The position numbers and the translations under genes are program-made. The notes beneath the pieces are model-generated. The model was not told the origin of the DNA. It was given only the letters and a program-made list of their open reading frames with translations, and made no database searches. A DNA stretch of 64,000 bases, from contig CAVPLT010000004.1 in assembly GCA_963706325.1 (NCBI GenBank), positions 832,001 through 896,000 on the forward strand. The letters are read 5' to 3'. Below, in pieces: positions 46,342-55,352 of this stretch; within the stretch, counting starts at the first letter, position 1, and each line of letters opens with the position of its first letter. The stretch comes from an uncultured Nitrospiraceae bacterium (GTDB lineage Bacteria > Nitrospirota > Nitrospiria > Nitrospirales > Nitrospiraceae).

Positions 46342-46672
46342 AATCTTGTGGGGGGAGTGAACGCCCCGGGGGAATATCGACATGAAGGGGATTGAGTGCT
46401 GAGGACGGTGTGCATGCCCAGCTCGTACTGGGAAGCCTAAAATCCTCCCGAGATCTCCGCCGTATCTACCTCTCCTCGGTAGGTGCGTGCTCCTCCCACC
46501 TAAAATGTTTTTCGTCAGTGCCGCCAGTGGCAGTGTCCCGTGATTCATCTCATCAGGGCGCAAGAATATCATCAAGGCTTGACTCTCCGGCCCGTTCCCT
46601 GTAAACGACCACGTGACTACGTATCAGACGCCTCGCGTCGTTTCAGTCCGAATCGTTTACGTGAGAGGTTGA

Positions 46673-48799
46673 ATGGGCACGAAGGCATCGCCGCCATCTA
46701 TCCGGTCCTCCAAAACTGTGTCCCACGCCGATAGCACGGACTCCGAAGAGAGCGCGTCACCTAAAAAATTATCGCTCGCGGGTAAAGCGACTTCCGTGGT
46801 TACCGCGGTTGAGATGGGCACCCGTCAGCGAGAGATTTCCGTCTCCGAGTTTTTCACGAAGAACCGGCATCTCCTGGGCTTCGATAATCCCAGGAAGGCA
46901 TTGTTAACCTGCGTCAAAGAAGCGGTGGACAACTCACTCGATGCCTGTGAGGAAGCGGGGATTCTCCCCGATGTGACGGTGAAGCTCGAAACGGTGGGGA
47001 ACGGAACGCCAGCGGCGCCAAGTCAGGCGACCAGGTTCCGGGTCACGGTCACCGACAACGGACCAGGGATCGTACGAGCGCAAATTCCTCGGATCTTCGC
47101 CAAATTGCTGTACGGGTCAAAATTTCACCGCATGCGTATGAGCCGGGGACAACAGGGTATCGGGATTTCCGCTGCCGGGATGTATGGTCAACTCACGACG
47201 GGCAAGCCGGTGAAGGTGATTTCTCGTACGGGCCCACGCGCGACAGCCCATTACTTCGAAGTGCAAATCGACACGAAGAAAAATGAGCCGTTGGTACATG
47301 AAAACAAACAAATTGAATGGGCCCAACCGCAGGGGACAGAGGTGGCGATCGAAGTGGAAGGCCGGTACCAAAAGGGACGCGCCTCCGTGGACGAGTGGTT
47401 GGAGCAGACCTCCATTGCGAATCCACATGTGCGGCTGGTGTATCAGACGCCGGAAGGCGAAACGAAGGAATATCCCCGCACCTACCATGAGCTGCCCCCG
47501 TCACCGAGGGAGATCAAACCGCATCCCTATGGCATTGAGCTGGGCGTATTGCTGAAGATGTTGCAGGACACGAAGAGCCATACAGTCGCGGGTTTCCTGG
47601 CGGCCGATTTTTGCCGCGTCTCATCGGCTTTGGCTGAGGAGATTTGCAAGGCGGCGAAGGTGTCGCCCGACGCCAAGCCTCGCGCGGTGAAACCCCATCT
47701 GGCAGAAGTTCTGTATAAGACCATTCAAACGACCAAAATCATGGCTCCGCCGACGAACTGCCTTTCGCCGATCGGCGAAAAGGCGATTTTGTCCGGCCTC
47801 TATAAACAGATCAAGGGCGAGTTTTATACGGCCGTAAGTCGCCCGCCCGCCGTCTATCGTGGGAATCCGTTCGTCATCGAAGCAGGGTTGGCATTCGGCA
47901 GGGCGCCGGAAGAAACCGCCAAACCGCAACAGGCGGCCATGCCTCTGGCGGAAGGTGAAGATCAGGGGCACGATACCGAGCTTGCGCGTGTGATTCGATA
48001 TGCCAATCGCGTGCCGTTGCTCTTCCAACAATCCGCTTGCTCCACCTTTAAGGCGGTGATCAATACTACCTGGCGCAACTACGGAATGAGCCAGTCGCGA
48101 GGGGCGCTGCCCGCCGGTCCAATGGTGATCTTTGTCCATATGGCATCTGTGTGGGTTCCCTTCACCAGCGAGTCGAAGGAAGCCATCGCCGATTACGACG
48201 AGATTCAGAAAGAGATTACGCTGGCCCTCCGGGAGGCCGGTCGACGACTGGGAATATTCCTGCGACGAAAGGAACGGGCCGCCAGCGAGTTTCGCCGACG
48301 CAACATCTTCGAGCTGTACATTGAGGAGGTCGTGGAGGCCTGCAACCGGCTCAAAGGGGGCAAGCTCCCTACCCAGCAATTGAAAGAACAACTGCACAAA
48401 ATTGCGAGCACGCGGACCGGCGGCCTCAAAACGGATGAAGCCCTTGGCAAAACCGGAGCTGGGCCGGAAGGCTTGCCGCATTCCATCATCGTGACCTTGG
48501 AGGGGATTGAAGGGGAAACAGACGTCGCCCAGCAGGCGACCACGAACCCGGATGAGGTTGGCACAGCATCACCGTCCGATGTGCGACCGAAGGTAAAGAC
48601 TCCGGCGAAGGGGCAAACAACCTCAGAGAACATCCTCGTGTCAAAAGAGACATCGAGAAGGGGTAAGTCAAAGCCTGCAGCGACAAAGGCCAAAGTCGGC
48701 CAACAGGACTTATTCGTCGAACCGGTATCATCCCGCAAGAAGGCAACCCTTCCGAAACGGAGAGGCACCGGTTCGGCCCGTCTCCGAGAAGGAAAATAG
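46673..48799 (+). CDS. top6B: DNA topoisomerase VI subunit B
   Basis: SVSEFFTKNRHLLGF, GHKL motifs EAVDNSLDACE, DNGPGI, SRGQQGIGISA; RYANRVPLL, VPFTSESKEAI; low-complexity termini. Confidence 0.95.
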   Translation: MGTKASPPSIRSSKTVSHADSTDSEESASPKKLSLAGKATSVVTAVEMGTRQREISVSEFFTKNRHLLGFDNPRKALLTCVKEAVDNSLDACEEAGILPDVTVKLETVGNGTPAAPSQATRFRVTVTDNGPGIVRAQIPRIFAKLLYGSKFHRMRMSRGQQGIGISAAGMYGQLTTGKPVKVISRTGPRATAHYFEVQIDTKKNEPLVHENKQIEWAQPQGTEVAIEVEGRYQKGRASVDEWLEQTSIANPHVRLVYQTPEGETKEYPRTYHELPPSPREIKPHPYGIELGVLLKMLQDTKSHTVAGFLAADFCRVSSALAEEICKAAKVSPDAKPRAVKPHLAEVLYKTIQTTKIMAPPTNCLSPIGEKAILSGLYKQIKGEFYTAVSRPPAVYRGNPFVIEAGLAFGRAPEETAKPQQAAMPLAEGEDQGHDTELARVIRYANRVPLLFQQSACSTFKAVINTTWRNYGMSQSRGALPAGPMVIFVHMASVWVPFTSESKEAIADYDEIQKEITLALREAGRRLGIFLRRKERAASEFRRRNIFELYIEEVVEACNRLKGGKLPTQQLKEQLHKIASTRTGGLKTDEALGKTGAGPEGLPHSIIVTLEGIEGETDVAQQATTNPDEVGTASPSDVRPKVKTPAKGQTTSENILVSKETSRRGKSKPAATKAKVGQQDLFVEPVSSRKKATLPKRRGTGSARLREGK

Positions 48800-48807
48800 G
48801 ACAGGGT

Positions 48808-49914
48808 ATGGCACAGACGAAACCCAAAAAGAACGGCGCGGTGGAAAAGAAATTGATCGGGATGGCCGATGTCGTCATCTCCGCGGCGCAGCGCGCCAAG
48901 GATCCCACGTTTGCGATTCCCATTCGCGCATTGTCGAATGTTTCGTTCAATCCTCGCAAAGGTTTGATCGAGATGGGCGAGAAGAAGCAAGCCCGTTCTT
49001 TCTTCAATGTCGGAATGGCGAAAAAGTTCATGCAGACGATGCTCGTCGCTGATGCGCTGTCTGAACTGCAGCGGGCCGATCTCACGACCTCCCTGAGGGA
49101 AATCTATTATCGTACGAAACACACGATTCAAGATTCCCACGAGAACACGTTCGACACGCAGGATGAATCGGATCCGATCATCGAGGATTTGGAAGTCTCG
49201 CTGGTGGCCCTGCGGGAAGAATTGCATGTCCGGGCGGAAAACAGCGGGAGCATTGTGGGACCGGTGGTATTCGGTGACGACGGGGACCGCGTGGATTGCG
49301 CCAAGTTGGGCAAGGGCGGGTACTCGGTGCCGTCGATTGTTGAACCCGAGTATCTTGAGATTCGTCGTTGCACCGCGGACTTTCTCCTCTTGGTAGAAAA
49401 GGGCACCCAGTGGAATCGTCTGTCCGAAGACAAATTCTGGCGAAGATATAATTGCGTTCTCCTCACAGGTAATGGGCAGCCCCCGCGCGGAGTACGCCGG
49501 CTGGCGCGACGACTGCACGAAGAATACAAATTGCCGGTATACGTGCTGGTTGATAACGATCCTTGGGGATATTATATCTACTCGGTCGTCAAACAAGGTT
49601 CAATCAATCTGGCGTTTGAGAGCCAACGAATGGCTATTCCGAAAGCGAAGTTCATCGGCCTCTCCAGCGGCGATCCCGAGCGGTATGAACTGCCACGCAA
49701 TGTGGGCATCAAGCTGAACGACAAGGACGTCACCCGAGCCAAGGAATTGTTGAACTACCGGTGGTTTCAAAAACCGGCCTGGCAAGCGGAAATCAAGCGG
49801 ATGCTCGCGAACGGTCTCAAATTCGAATTGGATGCGTTGGCCAACAAAGACTTTCAATACCTGACCAAGAAATACCTGCCGCGGAAATTGAAGGAGAAAG
49901 ACTGGTTGGATTAG
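48808..49914 (+). CDS. top6A: DNA topoisomerase VI subunit A (Spo11 homologue)
   Basis: TTSLREIYY (catalytic Tyr), Q.ESD.IIEDLE, TOPRIM VEK...G.GQP...DNDPWG, ELDAL. Confidence 0.95.
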   Translation: MAQTKPKKNGAVEKKLIGMADVVISAAQRAKDPTFAIPIRALSNVSFNPRKGLIEMGEKKQARSFFNVGMAKKFMQTMLVADALSELQRADLTTSLREIYYRTKHTIQDSHENTFDTQDESDPIIEDLEVSLVALREELHVRAENSGSIVGPVVFGDDGDRVDCAKLGKGGYSVPSIVEPEYLEIRRCTADFLLLVEKGTQWNRLSEDKFWRRYNCVLLTGNGQPPRGVRRLARRLHEEYKLPVYVLVDNDPWGYYIYSVVKQGSINLAFESQRMAIPKAKFIGLSSGDPERYELPRNVGIKLNDKDVTRAKELLNYRWFQKPAWQAEIKRMLANGLKFELDALANKDFQYLTKKYLPRKLKEKDWLD

Positions 49915-49987
49915 GGCAATCCAGCACTGGTTTGAATTGCTGTCGGCAATGGAATCACCGGACAGGTGCCTTCAAGAGAGACACGCT

Positions 49988-50293
49988 ATGAATATGCTGA
50001 TGCTCGTGTTCCGGTCCTCGCTCAAGGAACGGGTCCATACGCTACTAGAGCAGTGTGACGTACGAGCCTATACCGAAGTCCCTGAAACCGTAGGAGCGGG
50101 ACAAACGGGACCGGCTGAGGGAGTTTCTTTCTATCCCGGCGTCAATAGCGTCATTATGGTAGCCATGGACGACGTCACTGCAGAACGAGTTGAGCGCGCC
50201 ATGAAGGCCTGGTGTGATGAAGTGATGCAGCGTCCTGGTGGGCGTAAGCCCGCGATCAGGATCTTCACGTGGGCCTGCCGGCAGCTGATTTGA
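49988..50293 (+). CDS. P-II-like (PG0541-type) small protein
   Basis: VRAYTEVPETVGAGQTGP...YPGVNSVI; 101 aa with a ferredoxin-like alternating pattern. Confidence 0.6.
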   Translation: MNMLMLVFRSSLKERVHTLLEQCDVRAYTEVPETVGAGQTGPAEGVSFYPGVNSVIMVAMDDVTAERVERAMKAWCDEVMQRPGGRKPAIRIFTWACRQLI

Positions 50294-50320
50294 TTGCACG
50301 GCTGCCAATCTGGGAATCGA

Positions 50321-50710
50321 ATGTGGATGAGCGTACGCATCATAGCCATCTCAGCATATGTGTTGACTATACCCTGGCTTTCCCTGGCTCAGACGCTCTC
50401 GCTGCCATCGGGCCTTCAAAACCAGCCGGGACAGACTCCTCAGTCATTGGGACCTTTGCCTGGTTCAAATCTCCTGGCACAGCCATCTTCTATTGTTTCC
50501 AATGCCTCAGGGGCCAGTGCGCCGCAAGGAGTGACCATTCCCTCCAGCCAGGGCAAGTCATTCGGAACTATCGGCCTCGGCCTCCCCGGTATGACCGGCG
50601 GACCTGCACTCACCTCGCCGCTGGGAGCTCAAGATCCGGCCTCACGCTCAATGCGCCCTTCCGTCCTTGCGCCGCTTTTCTGTGATCCGTCCGTGAATAT
50701 TCCTTGCTAG
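50321..50710 (+). CDS. Hypothetical secreted Pro/Gly/Ser-rich protein
   Basis: Signal peptide ending SLA; terminal C-x7-C. Confidence 0.55.
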   Translation: MWMSVRIIAISAYVLTIPWLSLAQTLSLPSGLQNQPGQTPQSLGPLPGSNLLAQPSSIVSNASGASAPQGVTIPSSQGKSFGTIGLGLPGMTGGPALTSPLGAQDPASRSMRPSVLAPLFCDPSVNIPC

Positions 50711-50771
50711 AAGGCTACTCCTCACGAACAGTCCTTCCTCGAAGACATGATAGGCCCGGGCCGGAAGGTGG

Positions 50772-51206
50772 TCAGGAGGCGCGTTTCGATGCAGTGGACC
50801 GTTCAACGCGTATAGTGCCCGTCGGTGTCATTGCCCCTTGTGGATCATCCGCATCCAGCCAGACATTGAAACGAACGGTGGCGGCTTTCGAGAAACAGAG
50901 ACTGACGTACCCGAGCGGAGCGATCGTGACGGTATCCTGCACGACCCCGAGTTGCGAGAATCCCTTGTTACAAGCGAACAATTCGGACCCATGATCCTCA
51001 AGCATCCGCAAACGGACCGCGTGTTGATTGAGATTCTGCCAGCGGACTTCGTCCCCAACTTGTACAATCAGGTGACGCGGGGCAACATCCGTTCTGATAT
51101 TAAAATAGCGTATCGAGCCGGTGAGCCGAGGAGCGGGTTTAGAACTGCAACCTGCATGGAGGTCGAACGCAAGCAGAATCAGAAGGAGGAGCAGGGGGCG
51201 ACGCAT
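50772..51206 (-). CDS. Lipoprotein with cupredoxin-like fold, paralogue of 44389
   Basis: Lipobox HAGC; GDEVRWQN, ACNKGFS, SLCFSKAATVRFNV. Confidence 0.65.
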   Translation of the reverse strand: MRRPLLLLLILLAFDLHAGCSSKPAPRLTGSIRYFNIRTDVAPRHLIVQVGDEVRWQNLNQHAVRLRMLEDHGSELFACNKGFSQLGVVQDTVTIAPLGYVSLCFSKAATVRFNVWLDADDPQGAMTPTGTIRVERSTASKRAS

Positions 51207-51346
51207 GGGCGATCCTACAAAATGCCATCCCGCGGCGACTACTAGGATGGTGCCCAGGGGCTGGAGAGACAAAGGCCCCAGTCAACCAAGCCGTTCAGAC
51301 CGCGTTTAAAGGAGAGCGCTTCGGCTTCTTTGAAGTTAACCCGAAT

Positions 51347-52675
51347 ATGAGTCTCACATTCGGCGATGCCCGGCATTTCCTGTCTCGTACCGGATTCGGC
51401 GCGACCCCGGACGAAATTCGATCGCTCATGCGTCTGGATCGCAGCGCAGCCGTTTCGCAGGCTCTCACCGTTCCCATTCACAAGGCGCGAACCCCAGCTC
51501 CACCATGGGCAGACCACCTCCCGCCGTTACCGAAGGAGCGCAAACACTGGAGCGAGTCGGTGCGCAAGGCGTTTCGTGAAGCGCGAAAGGTCGAGGGCCA
51601 GGAACTGAAGGCATGGTGGTATCGGGAATTGCTGAGTACAGGCAGTCCCCTGCTGGAGCGCATGACTTTATTCTGGCATAACCACTTTACCTCGAGTCTA
51701 CACAAGGTGAAGTGGCCCCCGTTTCTGTACCAACAAAATGTGTTGTTCAGGATTCACGCGCTCGGATCATTCCGAACACTCCTGCATGCTGTGGCGAAGA
51801 ATCCTGCCATGTTGCTCTATCTCGATACGCAAACCAATCAGAAGGAACGCCCAAACGAAAATTTCGCCCGTGAACTATTCGAGCTGTTCACGCTTGGGGA
51901 AGGCCACTATACCGAGACTGACATCAAGCAGGCGGCACGAGCCTTTACCGGCTGGCATCTCGATCATCGCACAGGCGCATTCCGAGTCGAGCAGCGGAGG
52001 CATGATGACGGGCGAAAAGTGGTCTTCGGCCAGTCTGGATATTTTGACGGGGACGACATCATCTCACTTACGCTGGATCAGCCTCAGGTGGCCCGTCATG
52101 TAGTGGGGAAGTTGTGGCGTGAATTTATTTCGGACGAGCCAGACGCGGTGGAGGTCGACCACCTCGCCGTCTCATTCAGGCAGAAGAAATACAATATTGC
52201 CGCACTTCTGGCTGACCTCTTTCTGACCCCGCACTTTTGGGCATCTGAGCAGCGTGGTTGCTTGGTCAAGTCTCCGGTGGAACTGATGGTGGGAACGGCT
52301 CGACTGTTCAATCTGGTGAACGAACCACCGCTGCAGCTTATTCGTTACGGGCGGCGGCTTGGACAGGATTTATTTGATCCCCCCAATGTGAAAGGGTGGC
52401 CAGGCGGCACGCGCTGGATCACCACTGCGACGCTGCTGGATCGAACGCAGATGCTTCATCGCGCAATCCGCGGGCACGAGACGGGTCATGCCACGGAGCA
52501 GGGAATGGTGGGCATGGCTCACGCACAAGGCGCGAGATGGCTGGCCACAGAGCCGCTCGACATTGTCGAGGCGACGCTGCTATCCCTAGCGCCCGTGCGG
52601 CCTCTCGACTCAGGCGAGGACCGAATCCAGGTCGTTCGCCAATGTGTCCTCGATCCGGTCTATCAACTCAAGTGA
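51347..52675 (+). CDS. DUF1800 family protein
   Basis: HFLSRTGFG, ERMTLFWHNHF, PAMLLYLD, PNENFARELFELFTLG, PPNVKGW. Confidence 0.92.
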   Translation: MSLTFGDARHFLSRTGFGATPDEIRSLMRLDRSAAVSQALTVPIHKARTPAPPWADHLPPLPKERKHWSESVRKAFREARKVEGQELKAWWYRELLSTGSPLLERMTLFWHNHFTSSLHKVKWPPFLYQQNVLFRIHALGSFRTLLHAVAKNPAMLLYLDTQTNQKERPNENFARELFELFTLGEGHYTETDIKQAARAFTGWHLDHRTGAFRVEQRRHDDGRKVVFGQSGYFDGDDIISLTLDQPQVARHVVGKLWREFISDEPDAVEVDHLAVSFRQKKYNIAALLADLFLTPHFWASEQRGCLVKSPVELMVGTARLFNLVNEPPLQLIRYGRRLGQDLFDPPNVKGWPGGTRWITTATLLDRTQMLHRAIRGHETGHATEQGMVGMAHAQGARWLATEPLDIVEATLLSLAPVRPLDSGEDRIQVVRQCVLDPVYQLK

Positions 52676-52679
52676 GGTC

Positions 52680-53894
52680 GTGATGATCGTGCATGGATTG
52701 CAGCGACGAGAGTTGCTCAAAGCCGCTGCGGCCCTGCCGCTGGTTCTATTGCGCCCGCTCTGGCTGGATCAGATTTGGGCGGCACCTGCCAATGAGGCCT
52801 CCGGAGAGCGACCCGAGAGAGGACGCATACTGGTCCTGCTCGAACTCCATGGCGGCAACGATGGGCTCAACACCTTCGTGCCCTTCGGTGATGGCGCTTA
52901 CTATCAAGCTCGGCCGCAATTGGCCATTCCACGCGCACAGGTCCGTCAGCTGACGCAGAAGTTTGGATTCCATCCGGCATTAACGCCGCTAATGCCACTG
53001 TGGGAGGGCAAGGAGCTGGCATTGATCAGCGGGGTAGGGTATGCCATCCCGAATCGTTCGCATTTCAGGTCGATCGAAATTTGGGAAACCGGCTCGGACA
53101 GCGAGGAGCTCGTGGATCAAGGATGGCTGTCGAGTGTCTTTGAACAATTCCCATTGCCTTCGACATTCACCGGGGAGGGCGTTCTTCTCGGCAAAGGGGA
53201 TACTGGTCCGTTAAGTGGCGTGAGGACACGCGCCATTTCATTGCACGATCCGGAGCAGTTTCTCCGGCAAGCTGGGTCGAGAAGATCCAACTCTATTCAG
53301 ACCACGAACCGCGCGCTGGTTCATATTCTTAACGTGCAGCGTGATCTATCCATTGCGGCGGAAGACCTTCATGGGCGCATCGAGCCAGGAACGCAACTGG
53401 GGGTCGAGTTTCCAGCGAGCAATATCGGCAAACAGCTCGAGGTGGCTGCCAAGCTGATCGCGGCGCATGTTCCTGTCGCTGTCATCAAAGTAACTCAGGG
53501 AAGCTTCGACACCCATGCCGGACAATTACCGGCGCATCATCGTTTATTAAACGAGCTGGCGCAGGCGTTGACGGCTTTTCAGATAGCCCTCCAGAAACAA
53601 GACGCTTGGAACGATGTACTGGTGATGACCTATTCCGAATTCGGCCGCCGCGTAGGAGAGAATGCCAGTCATGGAACCGATCATGGCACGGCGGCACCGC
53701 ATCTGCTCATGGGAGGCCGAGTGAAAGGGGGTCTGTATGGTGTGCCGCCGTCGCTCACGGACCTTCAGGATGGCGATCTCAAATACACGATCGACTATCG
53801 CAGTCTGTATGCGACCGTGATTCAAAAATGGTGGAGGTTGCCCCCGGTTGCCTTCGGCAAGGGGGGATATCCGGCCATCGATTGTCTGGGTTGA
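52680..53894 (+). CDS. DUF1501 family protein with Tat signal
   Basis: RRELLKAAA; LHGGNDGLN, NRSHF, FDTH, SEFGRR..ENASHGTDHG. Confidence 0.92.
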   Translation: MMIVHGLQRRELLKAAAALPLVLLRPLWLDQIWAAPANEASGERPERGRILVLLELHGGNDGLNTFVPFGDGAYYQARPQLAIPRAQVRQLTQKFGFHPALTPLMPLWEGKELALISGVGYAIPNRSHFRSIEIWETGSDSEELVDQGWLSSVFEQFPLPSTFTGEGVLLGKGDTGPLSGVRTRAISLHDPEQFLRQAGSRRSNSIQTTNRALVHILNVQRDLSIAAEDLHGRIEPGTQLGVEFPASNIGKQLEVAAKLIAAHVPVAVIKVTQGSFDTHAGQLPAHHRLLNELAQALTAFQIALQKQDAWNDVLVMTYSEFGRRVGENASHGTDHGTAAPHLLMGGRVKGGLYGVPPSLTDLQDGDLKYTIDYRSLYATVIQKWWRLPPVAFGKGGYPAIDCLG

Positions 53895-53947
53895 TCGGTT
53901 GTCTTGTGATCGATGGGGGAGAGAGCGCGGGAAAACCCAGACAGGCA

Positions 53948-53976
53948 TTGATTTCACCGACGTTTTTTCCTATGCT
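53948..53976 (+). promoter_or_regulatory. Sigma70-like promoter of the Cys-rich protein gene
   Basis: TTGATT-17 nt-TATGCT. Confidence 0.55.
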
Positions 53977-54002
53977 ACGCCCGTCTGAAAGGAAGGTGAG
54001 GC

Positions 54003-54368
54003 ATGAAGGGGTGTTCATTACAGCGGATAGTCGGAGCCGGCGCTCTGCTGCTGCTTATCCTGGTGGTCGGTCTCGGTGCGCCTTCAGCGGCGGAAGAACT
54101 AGGCTTCGACGGATCTCCGTCGCGGGTCACGGCGACCGCGAGTGAAAAAGATGTTTCGCCGCAGACTCAGGCTCCTGTCATGTCGTCTCCCCCGCTGCTG
54201 TTGGCTGAAGGCTCCAATTCCTGTGAAATTGTGTCTTGCGGGATGGGGATTAAGCAGACCTGCCAGATCACGTGCCCTGCCGGTAAGACCCCGAAATGCA
54301 GTTGCGACTGCGAGAGAAGTTTCGGCCCCATGTGTATGGACTATAAGGCCAACTGCCGCTGCGAATAG
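54003..54368 (+). CDS. Secreted protein with a C-terminal 10-cysteine domain
   Basis: Signal peptide, linker, then CEIVSCGMGIKQTCQITCPAGKTPKCSCDCERSFGPMCMDYKANCRCE. Confidence 0.7.
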   Translation: MKGCSLQRIVGAGALLLLILVVGLGAPSAAEELGFDGSPSRVTATASEKDVSPQTQAPVMSSPPLLLAEGSNSCEIVSCGMGIKQTCQITCPAGKTPKCSCDCERSFGPMCMDYKANCRCE

Positions 54369-54384
54369 CCTGGGAGAACCGCGA

Positions 54385-54585
54385 TTAATTATCGTCTGAA
54401 GAAAATGATTCCGGTTCCCCTACCGTCCAGCTCGTTCCTGCTACACGATAACGCTCACTAGCCCAGGCTCCCAGGTCAATGACTTGGCAGCGCTCAGAGC
54501 AGAATGGACGCCAGGGGTTGTCTTGCCAAGTCGTCGGCATGTGACATTCAGGGCAACGGATTGTGGAAGGCGGCGTAGGTGACAA
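54385..54585 (-). CDS. yacG: DNA gyrase inhibitor YacG
   Basis: CPEC...[24 protein letters not shown]. Confidence 0.92.
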   Translation of the reverse strand: MSPTPPSTIRCPECHMPTTWQDNPWRPFCSERCQVIDLGAWASERYRVAGTSWTVGEPESFSSDDN

Positions 54586-54615
54586 GCTGTATACGTCTGT
54601 CCAGAGGTGTGACTG

Positions 54616-55290
54616 TCACTCTACCACTCTCGTGCCGAAGGCGGCAAACAACTCACCCGTGAGATAGGGTGTCTGCTCTCCGTCCCGCCAGTGTTTCCGT
54701 CGCAAATAGTCATTCACCACGCGCCCGTCGGTGCTCCGATGGGCATGGGGATGGGCCACGTTCATGCGATATCGTTCAATCGCGCCCGCCACTCGGCTGA
54801 TGAACACAACGGTGCCGTCCGTCTCCACTGCCTCGACGATACCCACATGGGTCAAGGGATCGTTGAGACGGCCATCTCCATTGAAATCCCACGTATTGTC
54901 AAAAAATACGAGATCGCCGGCGCGTACGACTGGACCACGGTGGAGCTGTCCATGGGTGCGAACATGATTGTAGATGAGGCGTACGCCGTTGGATGCGCTG
55001 TCTATCGCGCCTCCCTCATAGAGATCGATTCCATGGGCGAGGTAAATGGCTCGAGTTACGCCGGCGCAATCGTAAGCAATGCGGCGTCCATTGCTCTCGA
55101 TCGTGCGTGCGCCGACGAGGTTGACCGCCGTGCGAACGATGGCTTGTTGACGAGTATCGGCCTGAGTGGTGCGGCAGCAACCAGGTATGGGTGTGACGGT
55201 CGAACGGTTGCCTTGTGAGGAAGGAGCGACGCAGGCCGTGAGCGTAACGGCAAGGGTGAGGCTAGTGAGCGTGCGAGATAAGATCGGCAT
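54616..55290 (-). CDS. NlpC/P60-like lipoprotein (peptidoglycan peptidase)
   Basis: Lipobox LTAC; YDCAG, AGDLVFF, THVGIV. Confidence 0.8.
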   Translation of the reverse strand: MPILSRTLTSLTLAVTLTACVAPSSQGNRSTVTPIPGCCRTTQADTRQQAIVRTAVNLVGARTIESNGRRIAYDCAGVTRAIYLAHGIDLYEGGAIDSASNGVRLIYNHVRTHGQLHRGPVVRAGDLVFFDNTWDFNGDGRLNDPLTHVGIVEAVETDGTVVFISRVAGAIERYRMNVAHPHAHRSTDGRVVNDYLRRKHWRDGEQTPYLTGELFAAFGTRVVE

Positions 55291-55352
55291 ACTCGTGTAA
55301 GTATACCTGGTCCTCAGAATCGTGAAACGCGGCGGCCCACCGGCAGGATTTT

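Noticed and set aside
54385..54585. Functional link between yacG and the Topo VI operon
   Set aside because: 4.5 kb apart, on opposite strands and separated by unrelated genes; YacG is known to target GyrB.
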